Positions 1-10,900 of a stretch of DNA of 64,000 nt are shown in pieces. The stretch covers positions 7,132,001-7,196,000 of the forward strand of contig NC_086101.1 in the NCBI RefSeq assembly GCF_963921235.1, read 5' to 3'. Under the pieces are notes generated by a model that was not told the DNA's origin, did not search any database, and saw nothing but the letters and a program-made list of their open reading frames with translations. The DNA comes from Mobula hypostoma (taxonomy: Eukaryota). The position numbers and the translations under genes were made by a program. Positions within the stretch are counted from its first letter, which is position 1. Each line of letters begins with the position of its first letter.

Positions 1-61
1 GTGGTGTAGTAGTTAGCACAGTACTATTACAGACTAGGGCTCGGGGTTCAGAGTTCAAATC

Positions 62-3000
62 TGACATCACCTGGAAGAAGACTATACACTCTCCCCTGAA
101 TCCTGTGTAAAAAGTCTGTACACCCTCCCCGTGTCCTGTGTAAGGACTCTGTACAACCTCCCACTGTCCTGTGAAAGAAGTCTGTACACTCTCCCCTGTG
201 TCCTGTGTAAGGACTCTGTACACCGTCCCCTGTGTCCAGTGTAAGGAGTCTCTACGCTCTCCCCTGTGTCCTGCGTAACAAGTATGTACACTCTCCCCTG
301 TGTCCCATGTAAGAAGTCTGTACACTCTCCCCTGTGTCCTGTGTAAGGACTCTGTACACTCTCCCCTGTGTCCTGCGTAAGAAGTATGTACACTCTCCCC
401 TGTGTCCTGTGTATGGAGTCTGTACACCCTCCACTGTGTCCAGTGTAAGGAGTATGTACACTCTCCCCTGTGTCCTGTGTAAGGAGTCTGTACACTCTCC
501 CCTGTGTCCTGTATAAGGAGTCTGTACACTCTCCCCTGTGCCCTGTGTAAGGAGTATCTACACTCTCCGCTGTGTCCTCTGTAAGGAGACTGTACAAACT
601 CCCCTGTGTCATGTGTAAGGACTCTGTAAACTCTCCCCTGTGTCCTGTGTAAGGACTCTGCACACTCTCCCCTATGTCCAGTGTAAGGAGTGTGTACACT
701 CTCCCTTGTGTCCTGTATATGGAGACTGTACACCCTCCCCTGTGTCCTGTGTAAGAAGTCTGTACACTCTCCCTTGTGTCCTGTTTAAGGAGTCCATTCA
801 CCCTCCCCTGTGTCCTGTGTGAGGAGTCTGTACACTCTCCCCTGTGTCCTGTGTAAGGAGTATGTACACCCTCTCCTCTGTCCTGTGTAAGCAGTCTGTA
901 CACTCTCCCTTGTGTCCTGTTTAAGGAGTATGTATACCCTCTCCTCTGTCCTGTGTAAGGAGTCTGTACACACTCCCCTGTGTCCTGTGTAAGGAGTATG
1001 TACACTCTCCTCTGTGTCCTGTGTAAGGAGAATGTACACTTTCCCCTGTGTCCTGTGTAAGGAGAATGTACACTTTCCCCTGTGTCCTGTGTAAGGAGTC
1101 TGTACCCCCTCCCCTGTGTCCTGTGTAAGGAGTCTGTACACCCTCCCTTGTGTCCTGTGTAAGGACTCTGTACACCCTCCCCTGTGTCCTGTATAAGGAG
1201 TCTGTACACCCTCCCTTGTGTCCTGTGTAAGGACTCTGTACACCCTCCCCTGTGCCCCGTGTAAGAAGTCTGTACATTCTCCCCTATGTCCTGGGTAAGG
1301 AGTCTGTGCAATCTCCCCAGTGTCCTGTGTAAGGAGTATATACACTCTCCCCTGTATCCTGTGTACGGAGTCTGTACACTTTCCCCTGTGTCCTGTGTAA
1401 GGAGTCTGTACCCCCTCCCCTGTGTCCTGTGTAAGGAGTCTGTACACCCTCCCTTGTGTCCTGTGTAAGGACTCTGTACACCCTCCCCTGTGTCCTGTAT
1501 AAGGAGTCTGTACACCCTCCCTTGTGTCCTGTGTAAGGACTCTGTACACCCTCCCCTGTGCCCCGTGTAAGAAGTCTGTACATTCTCCCCTATGTCCTGG
1601 GTAAGGAGTCTGTGCAATCTCCCCAGTGTCCTGTGTAAGGAGTATATACACTCTCCCCTGTATCCTGTGTACGGAGTCTGTACACTCTCCCCTCTGTCCT
1701 GTATAAGGAGACTGTACACTGTCCCCTGTGTCCTGTATAAGGAGTCTGTACACTCTCCCCTGTGTCCTGTGTAAGCAGTCTGTACACCCTCCCCTGTGTC
1801 CTGTATAAGGACTCTGTACACCCTCCCCTCTGTCCTGTTTAGGAAGTCTGTACACTCTCCCCTGTGTCCTGTGTAAGGAGTCGGTACACTCTCCCCTGTG
1901 TCCTGTTTAAGGAGTCCATTCACCCTCCCCTGTGTTTTGTCTGAGGAGTCTGTACACTCTCCCCTGTGTCCTGTGTAAGGAGTATGTACACCCTCTCCTC
2001 TGTCCTGTGTAAGGAGTCTGTACACACTCCTCTGTGTCCTGTGTAAGGAGAATGTACACTCTCCCCTGTGTCCTGTGTAAGGAGAATGTACATTCTCCCC
2101 TGTGTCCTGTATAAGGAGTCTGTACACCCTCCCTTGTGTCCTGTGTAAGGACTCTGTACACCCTCCCCTGTGTCCTGTATAAGGAGTCTGTACACACTCC
2201 CCTGTGTCCTGTGTATGGACTCTGTACACCCTCCCCTGTGTCCTGTGTAAGATGTCTGTACATTCTCCCCTGTGTCCTGTGTACGGAGTCTGTACACCCT
2301 CCCCTGTGTCCTGTGTAAGTAGTATATACACTCTCCCCTGTGTCCTGTGTACGGAGTCTGTACACTTTCCCCTCTGTCCTGTATAAGGAGACTGTACACT
2401 CTCCCCTGTGTCCTGTGTAAGGAGTCTGTACAACCTCCCCTGTGTCCTGTGCAAGGTGTCTGTACACTCTCCCCTGTGTCCTGTGTAAGGAGTCCATTCA
2501 CCCTCCCCTGTGTCCTGTGTGAGGAGTCTGTACACTCTCCCCTGTGTCCTGTGTCAGGAGTATGTACACCCTCTCCTCTGTCCTGTGTAAGGAGTCTGTA
2601 CACACTCCCTATGTCCTGTGTAAGGAGTATGTACACCCTCCCCTGTGCACTGTGTAAGGAGTCTGTATACCCTCCCCTGTGTCCTGCGTAAGGAGTCTGT
2701 ACACTCTCCCCTGTTTCCTTTGTAAGGGGTCTGTAAATTCTCTCCTGTGTCCTGTATAAGGAGTGTGTACACTCTCTCCTGTGTCCTGTGTAAGTAGTCT
2801 GTACGCTCTGCCTGTGTCCTGTGTAAGGAGTATGTACACTGTCCCCTGTGTCCTGTGTAAGGAGTCTGTACACTCTCCCCTGTGTCCTGTGTAAGGAGTA
2901 TGTACACCCTCTCCTCTGTCCTGTGTAAGGAGTCTGTACACACTCCCCTATGTCCTGTGTAAGGAGTATGTACACCCTCCCCTGTGCACTGTGTAAGGAG

Positions 3001-3372
3001 TCTGTATACCCTCCCTTGTGTCCTGTGTAAGGAGTCTGTACAGCCTCCCCTGTGTCCTGTGTAAGGAGTCTGTGTAATCTCCCCTGTGTCCTGTGTGAGG
3101 AGTCTGTACACCCTCCCCTGTGTCCTGTGTAAGGAGTCTGTGCACACTCCCCTGTGTCCTGTGTAAGGAGTATGTACACTCTCCCCTGTGTCCTGTGTAA
3201 GGAGTCTGTACACCCTCCCCTGCAGAGTCTGTAAGGTGTCTGTACTGCCCCGGTAGAGTCTGTAAAGTGTCTGCACAACCCGCACCCCCCCCCCCAGGTG
3301 AAGTCTGTAAGGAGTCTGTACCCTCCCGCCCAGTAGAGTCTGTGAGGTGTCTGCATCTCCCCCCAGTCGTGT
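62..3372. repeat. 34-bp minisatellite (consensus CTGTGTAAGGAGTCTGTACACTCTCCCCTGTGTC), roughly 90-95 copies, degenerating after ~3225
   Basis: Direct tandem repetition; it explains all the long repetitive ORFs here. Confidence 0.97.
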
Positions 3373-3380
3373 CTCTAAAG

Positions 3381-4326
3381 CAGCGGTCCCCAACCACAGG
3401 GCCGCAAAGCATGTGCTGCCGGGCCGCGAGGAAGCAATATGATTTGGTGATATGAGTCAGCTGCACCTGTCCTCGTGCCCTGTCACGCCCACTGTTGAGC
3501 TTGAACGCACGCGAAGTCATTACACACGCATCTTCCATGTCAGCGCAGGAAGGAGATCAACTCCTCGAGCTTGCAAATAACGACGGGCTGAAAAGTATTT
3601 TTGACATAACATCTCTGCCGGCATTCTGCATCAAAGTCAAGGCTCAATATCCTGAGATAGCCACGAAAGCACTGAAAATGCTGCTCCCATTTCCAACGTA
3701 TCTCTGCAATGAATGCAACGAAAACTAAATTGCGGAATAGACCAGACATAAGGAACTTCCTTCGAGTATCGCTGTCTCCCATCACCCCTCGATAGGACCG
3801 TCTTGTTGCCGGAAAACAAGCCCAGGGCTCCTACTGATTCAGCGATATTGGTGTGTTGCAATGATTTTATATATTCATACGGGGAAAATATGTGCTGTGT
3901 GTTTAATATCCAAACGTTACTTAAAATGTAATGATGCTATTGACTTATCACATATATTCATGCAAGGAAAATATGCGCTGTGCGTTTAATATTAAATTTG
4001 TTAGATAAACCCTTTTAGAAACAAAATTGAGTGTATTAGCCACTTATCACCTATATTCAGGTCGTGATTAACACCTCTCCCCTGAACAGAATCGCCAAAA
4101 CCTATTTGTAGAAAAAAATCGGCACCTACACGCATGTGCAAACTGTTGCCCGTGCAAGGCTTCATGGTCATTGTAGTCTTTCTCGGAGGAAACGCAACGA
4201 ATTCGACTGCTACTCTTGTCCGTTGACAACCCTACCCCACCCCCCCCACCACCCCGGGTCGTCCGGTCTGCAAGAATATTGTCAGTATTAAACCGGTCCG
4301 CAATGCGATAAAGGTTGGGGACCCCA
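3381..4326 (+). mobile_element. Non-autonomous hAT (Charlie-like) DNA transposon with a transposase C-terminal dimerisation remnant
   Basis: TIRs CAGCGGTCCCCAACC / GGTTGGGGACCCCA; 8-bp TSD CTCTAAAG/CTCTAAGG (7/8); remnant peptide DQLLELANNDGLKSIF...YPEIATKALKMLLPFPT (ZBED5/SCAND3-type). Confidence 0.88.
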
Positions 4327-4330
4327 CTCT

Positions 4331-4620
4331 AAGGTGTCTGTACTATCCTGGTGGAGTCTGTGAGGAGTCTGCACCCCGCCCCCCCCCCGGTGGTGTCTGT
4401 AAGGTGTCTGTACCACCCCCCCCCCCCAGTGGAGTCTGTGAGGAGTCAGTACCCCACCGGTGGAGTCTGTATGGAGTCTGAACCACGCCCCCCCCCAGGT
4501 AAGATGTCTGTACCTCCCCCCCCCCGGTGGAAACTGTAAGGAGTCTGTACCCCCACAGTGGAGTCTGTAAGGAGTCTGTACCCCCCCCCCCAGTTTCGTC
4601 TGAAAGGTGTCTGTATGTCA
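4331..4620. repeat. Degenerate continuation of the minisatellite with poly-C runs
   Basis: GGAGTCTGTAAGGAGTCTGTACCCCC units. Confidence 0.85.
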
Positions 4621-4865
4621 GGTTGTAATGGGTTTTCTCTGGGTCCTCTAGTTTCCCCAGTCCTCGGGGGTAGCTCGGGGAGTATGGCCCACTCCGCACT
4701 GTATCCCTAAATAAAATATTTTGTGTCTGTCTTGTGCTTCTCGTGCTGTGGGCTGTTTGTGACTCCAGCATCATGGCTCCAGAGGGACAATGTTTCATTT
4801 TGCTGCGTACATGTGTGTGGCTGAATGACAATAAACTTGAACTTCTTGTTCTATCTCAATCCGAG

Positions 4866-4961
4866 GCTCAGGTGAAAACCTCCCTGGAGCTACTCATGGC
4901 GAAGAAGTCACTGATTTTGGAGATGGAGAGGCAGCAGATACAAAAGATCAGAGAAATCAGG
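4866..4961 (+). CDS. TRIM-1 exon 2 (96 nt, coiled coil AQVKTSLELL...IREIR)
   Basis: GAG acceptor, GTAAAG donor; homologous to the 96-nt exons at 27912 and 55989. Confidence 0.85.
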
Positions 4962-7900
4962 GTAAAGTCTCCCAATGCTTTTTGCAATTCTCAGTGATTT
5001 ACCTTCACTGGCATTTATTAAATTTTACTTTTCATTTCTAGGTGCAGTCACGTTCTCTGCAGGACTATGTCACGTCTGAGTTTGATAGCATGCATCAGTT
5101 TCTCAATGAGAAGGAACAAGAGTACATTGGAAACCTGAGGGAACAAGAGAAGACAATTCGGGACACCATGGAAGAAACTCTGAGAAAAATTCAAGATAAC
5201 TTGCATTCCATTCAGGAGGAAATCTCAGATTTGCAGAAACGGATGAGGGAGAAAAGTGGAGCATTGTTCCTGAAGGTGGGGAAGGGATCAATATTTTAAT
5301 TCAGTTCCATGAACATGAACATTGTTGCAAAATGAGTTCTGAGGAAGTGAGTTCTGATGAAAGGTCTTGGCTTGAAATGTCCCCTCCATCAATGCTGCCT
5401 GACCTGCTGTGTCCCTTATGCCATCTGAAATTCTTCCTGCTTACTTCCTCAAAATACATCATGATTTTAAAGACGTTAATTGATGTCCCCATAATTTTCT
5501 TTTTTTTAAGGAACACCACTTCATCCTTTCCATGTGACATTTCAAATGAATCTGCCCTAATCTTTACCCTCTGCCATTGGGTCATTACCATAGCAAGGTG
5601 ATCAAAGCTGGTGACTTGTGTAGGTTTAACAATAGTTATTGACATAATGTCTGTTATTTCCATGCTATTTCCCACATTATCATGGGAGAACTAGTTCCCC
5701 CCCCCCCCCGTTACAACATACCACAACATGCCAGAGAAACCCAGCAAACCAAGCAGCAGCAATGAACAGGCCTGATCAGATCTCAGCCCGAAGCAACGAT
5801 GGTTTATTCCCCTCCCTAGATGCAGCCTGACCTGCTGAACTCATCAGGCATTTTACTTGTGTTATTCTTGAATATAGAGGGATCTTAGGGTCCCAAGGCC
5901 GTAGATTTCTGAAAGTGACCCCTGGTAACTCACAGAGAAGCCTCTTCTTTTTCTGCCAAGGTCCACTATCCTCTCCTATCAGATCCTTTCTTCTTCAGAG
6001 CTTTACCTCTTCCATCTATTCCCTCCCGGCTTCTCACCTCATTCCCACCCACCTCCCCCCTGATCTGGTCTCACCTCTCACACGCCAGCCTGTACTTTTC
6101 CCCCACTGCTGCCTTTTTATTTAGGCTCCTACTCCCTTCCTTTCCCGTCTCGATGAAAGGTCTCAGCCCACTGTTTATTCCTTTCCATTCATGCTGTCTG
6201 ACCTGCTGTGTCCCTCCAGAATTTTGTGTGTGTTGCTCTGGATTCCCAGCATCTGAGGGATCACTTGTGTCTATGTCTTGCCTTAGTATATTTACCTTGC
6301 TTTCTCTTAAATGTGGGATTGGTTGTCGGGTGAACAAAGTCATTGGAGAGACTTAGCTGTTGGATATGAAGCAGTGTCCTTATTCCACAAAGTGAGACAC
6401 ACCAATCATCATGTGGAGATCCTTCTGGAGCACGGAGTCTGCTCGACTCAACCCTGCACAACACTTCATGATCAAAGGACAATTCCACATTTCAATGCTT
6501 CCTTTGAACTGCACACAACCTTCACAGCTCCCACATCGCACCCACACCACAGACACATGAATGCATCTTAATTAGCACTGCCTGGTCTTCTCGTTAACTG
6601 TGATTCACATCTTTTAGGAACTCATTGTTCAGAGCTGTATTTTCAATTTAATCTACAGTCTATATACATATTTGAAGGTTGGTGGCTGAAGTCAGTTGCT
6701 GAAGTTATTGCTATGTGCACTAAACCCAAAAATGCACGAATAGGATTGTTGTAACCACTCTGTATAAGCTATTGTCACATACCCCATGACGGCTTAAAGA
6801 ACCAGCAGAGATGGAAAGCACTTTGGAGTCCAGTATTGCTATTAACTAATATTATTTATTAGTAACTATGCAATACAGTAATATAAATATAGATAAATCA
6901 AACAGGTTAACAATGATTATATATAAGTAAGTAAATCAGTAAGTGTGGAAAATATGAAACCCAAACTTCTTCAAGTCTAGGGGTAAATAGATAGTCTTAC
7001 GATGATGAGTAACGTTCAGTTCAGTTCATGGTGTTGAGTTGAGTAGTAATGGAGAGAGAGAGAGAGAGAGAGAGATTTGAGTCTTCAGGTGAGCTGTCGC
7101 CGTCGATCTTCCTGTTGTCCTCCGGAATCCTTTAAAAGTCACCGACTGTGACCACAACAAAGGGGACCAGTTTTCTGTGATGGAGCTATCAACCCAGGCA
7201 AGGGTGGACACATGGACAACTCCCCACCAGCCAATCCCTTTTCTCATTGCAAGAGCTGCTGATCGATCTGCCTGATCGATCCTCCAAAAACCCACTTTTT
7301 CTGTGGGCACAACAAAGCTCATTCAGTGTCCAAAACATGTGCCTGAGGTCTATATCATCTGACCTCCTATTTATCTCACTGTACTGAGAACCAATTGTCA
7401 TTCAAATAACACCTCCTTCCTTTGTCTGTGTAAGAAATGTACAAGCAGGCAATTGTCCTCGGGAAGTATAAACCTCCAGAGAAACTATAACATTGATTGT
7501 CCATCAAATAGTGCCGCCCTCGGTCACCATAGTGACTTACGAGCTGCTCGGTGCCCTCTCTCTCTCCAACTCAGCAGAAATCCAAAAGTTCCTTGTGCCT
7601 TAAAGTGACAGTCCAAAAGTTAGTCTTCGTCTCTCTCTCTCTCTTTTCAAAAGCATAGTTCATAGGGGTAATTGAGCACAGTTTATAGGGGTAATTCAGG
7701 ACGCCGTCACACTAAGATATCCCACTCTTACCATCCTGTTAAACAAACCTCCCCAAGATTTCTTTTGAATGATTTTAGAGTCTACTCATATGTTTACAAT
7801 GGAATGTTGCCAGGATGCAGAACTGAGCTGGAAGTGACAGATGGAGTTCAATCCAGAAAAGATTGATCTTGAAGGCAGAGTGCAAAGGATACTTAGCAGT

Positions 7901-10900
7901 GTGTCGGAACAGAGTCCTAGACCATATATCCCTCAAAATTGCCATGCAATTTGAAGGGTGGTGAAGATGGCTTATAATATGTTACCCTTCATTAGTTGGA
8001 AATTGAGTTCCAGAGCTGGGTGGTAATGTTGCACCTCTGTAAGACTCTGGTTAGACCACACATGGAATACTGTGTTCAGTTCTGATCACCTCATTAGGGA
8101 AAGAATGTGGAGGCCTTAGAGAGGGCACACAGGAGATTTACCAGGATGCTGCCTGGATTAGAGAACATGTCTTAAGAGGGTAGGTTTAGTGAGCTAGGGC
8201 TTTTCGCTTTGAAGCAAAGGACAATGTGAGGTGACTTGATAGAGGTGTACAAGATGATAAGATGCAAAGGTAGAGCAAACAGTCAGAGAAATATTCCCAG
8301 GGCAGAGACAATGGCAATAAATTGAAATACATGGAGGGGGGTGGTTGTCAGAGATAGATTTTGTTTACAGTGGCAAGCACATGGAATATTCGGGACACTT
8401 AAGAGACTTTTAGATAGGCATACAGATGAAAGAAAACGGGAGGAATTGAGAGAGGGAAGGGTTACTTTGATCTTGAAGTAGGTTAAAAGCGTGGCACAAC
8501 ATTGTGGGCCGAAGGGCCTATATTGTGCTAAACTGCTTCATGTTTTATGTTCTATGCACTCTTTACAAAGCTCATCCTGAACTTCCACTCGCAGACTCAC
8601 TCTGTCATAATCATTCATAACTGAAGTCCCTCATCACTAAACTTACAAGCAAACTGAAGAAAAAGACTACCTTTATTTGCCAAATTTGCATCAAGACATA
8701 GAGTGAAATGGATTGTTTCGCATCAACAGTCTGAGTGTGCTCTGGCGGGGGGGGGGTGGCGGGCAGCTTTCCTGTCTGCGCATCGGCGGCTCAGAAAACT
8801 TGAATTCTGAGCACCTTCCAATTCTGTGAGTGTGCCCAGAAGGAAATGAATCTCAGGGTAGTATATATACTTTTATAATAAATTTACTCTGAACTTTGTG
8901 GGTACAGGTGAATATTCCTGAATACTAAGTTGTATCTGCATTTTTGTTTTCAGAAAGAAATTCATTATATGAACAGGTAAGACATTTTCTTCACTGAAAT
9001 TCTGCACAGGCTGGAAAAATATTTCAGAAAGCTATTCATGGCCTATGAATGGACAGCCAGAGACAGCTTTCCCACACCAGAAATGGCTAATACAACCTGG
9101 GGAAAAGTACAGAGGAGATGTCAGTGATAGTTTTCTTTACACTAAGAGTGTGTGGCACGCACTGCCAGGGGTGCTGGCACGGGCGCTGGCACAGGTAGAT
9201 ACTTCAGGGACATTTAAGGGACTCCTTGGCAGGCACACATTCATGTGAGGCTGGGCTGCTAACGCTGGTCAAACCGTTTCTATTGACAGGAGGAGGGGCA
9301 AAAATGGGTTACTGCACTTTATTAACAGTTGCTTTGGGCAGATGGGGCTCAGCAGCCATGATTGGCAGCTCACCTAGGAGATGAAAACCCCTGATCTCAA
9401 ACCTCTGCTGCCTTGTGGCTCATGGGGAAGTCTTCTGGAGCGAATCCCGAGGGAAAAATTCAGAGCCGAAGCCCCTGAGGCAGTTCTATGTCGAGGTCAA
9501 TGCTGTCTAGCCATTTCAACGATGCCACTGGTGTCTTGATCTGTGCCGTTCCTGTGTATTTATCAGCTGCGTGGAGAGCTGGAGCCTACGGCTGGCTTTC
9601 CATATCGTACTGCTCTGGCTTGCATATCAGGTACACAGCTGGGACACCACATCCATGGATGACCCTGACCGACAGAGATAGGCAGACGGATGATAGAAAC
9701 ATGGAGGGGTATGTGTGTGGGAAGGTAGAGATTGATAAAGACCATAAGATATAGAAACAGATTTAGGGCATTTGAGCCATCAAATCTGTTACACCATTTA
9801 ATGCAATTTTCCTCTCAGCCCCAATTCTCCCCATATCCCTTCATGCCCTGATCAATCAAAATCTATCAACCTTTGTTTTAATATACATAAAGATTTGGCC
9901 TCCACATCTGCCTGCGGCAAGGATCTCCACAGATTGACCACCTTCTGGCTAAAGACCATTCTAGAAGGATGCCCCTCCATTCTGAGGCAGTGTCCTTTGG
10001 ACTTAGACTCTCCCACCATAAGAAACATCCTTTCCACATCCACTCTATCAAGGCCTTTTCAATAAGGTCACCCCTCGTTCTTCTAAATTCTAGTGAACAT
10101 AGTCCCAGAATATTCAAATGCTCTTCATGTGACAAGCCTTTCAATTCAGGAATAATTTCCGTGAACAACAGGAATTCTGCAGATGCTGGAAATTCACGCA
10201 ACACACATCAAAGTTGCTGGTAATTTCCGTGAGCCTCCTTTGAACCCTCTCCAGTTTCAGCACATCCGTTCAAAGATAAGGGGCCCAGAACTCCAAGTGA
10301 GGCCTCACCAATGCTTTATAAAGTTTCAACATTACATCCTTGCTTTTATATTCTAGTCCTCTTGGAATGAGTGCTAATGTTGCATTTGCCTTCCTCACCA
10401 CAGACTCACCCTGCAAGTTAACCTTTAGAAAATCCTGCACAAGGACTCCCAAGTCCCTTTGCACTTCAGTTCTTTGTATTTTCTCTCCATTTTGAAAATT
10501 GTCAACCCTTTCATTTCTTCTACCAAAGTGCATGACCATACACTTCCTGACATTGTATTTCATCTGCTACTCTTTTGCCTATTCTCCTAGTCTGTCTAAG
10601 TCCTCTTGTAGCCTCTCTACTTCCTGAAAACTACCTACCCCCCAACCTATTTTCATATCGTCTGCAAACTTTGCACAAAGCCATCAATTCCATCATTCAA
10701 ACCATTGACATATAATGTAAAAAGAATCAGTCCCAACACAGACTCCTGTGGAACACCACTAGCCACCGGCAGCCAGCCAGAAGAGGCTCCCTTTATTCCC
10801 ACTCTTTGCCTCCTGCCAATTAGCCACTGCTTTGTCCTTGCTAGGACCTTTCCTGTAATACTATGAGCTCATAGCTTGTTAAGCAGTCTCATGCGTGACA

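Larger units (their letters stand above)
1..4670 (+). mobile_element. tRNA-derived V-domain (HE1-like) SINE split by an internal minisatellite expansion
   Basis: tRNA-like head at 1-62 (GTGGTGTAGTAGTTAGC...GAGTTCAAAT). The SINE body resumes at ~4628 (TGGGTTTTCTCTGGGTCCTCTAGTTTCCCCA), matching the V-domain segment seen in the intact copy at 39650-39890. Confidence 0.7.

Noticed and set aside
62..3372. CRISPR-like array
   Set aside because: Contiguous units without unique spacers, no cas genes, vertebrate context.
82..3538. Long minus-strand ORFs (817, 478, 356 aa)
   Set aside because: Artefacts of a 34-bp unit with no stop on that strand; all three frames give the same cycling peptide.
3495..3840. 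Domesticated ZBED5/SCAND3-like gene
   Set aside because: Short, frameshifted remnant inside TIRs and a TSD.
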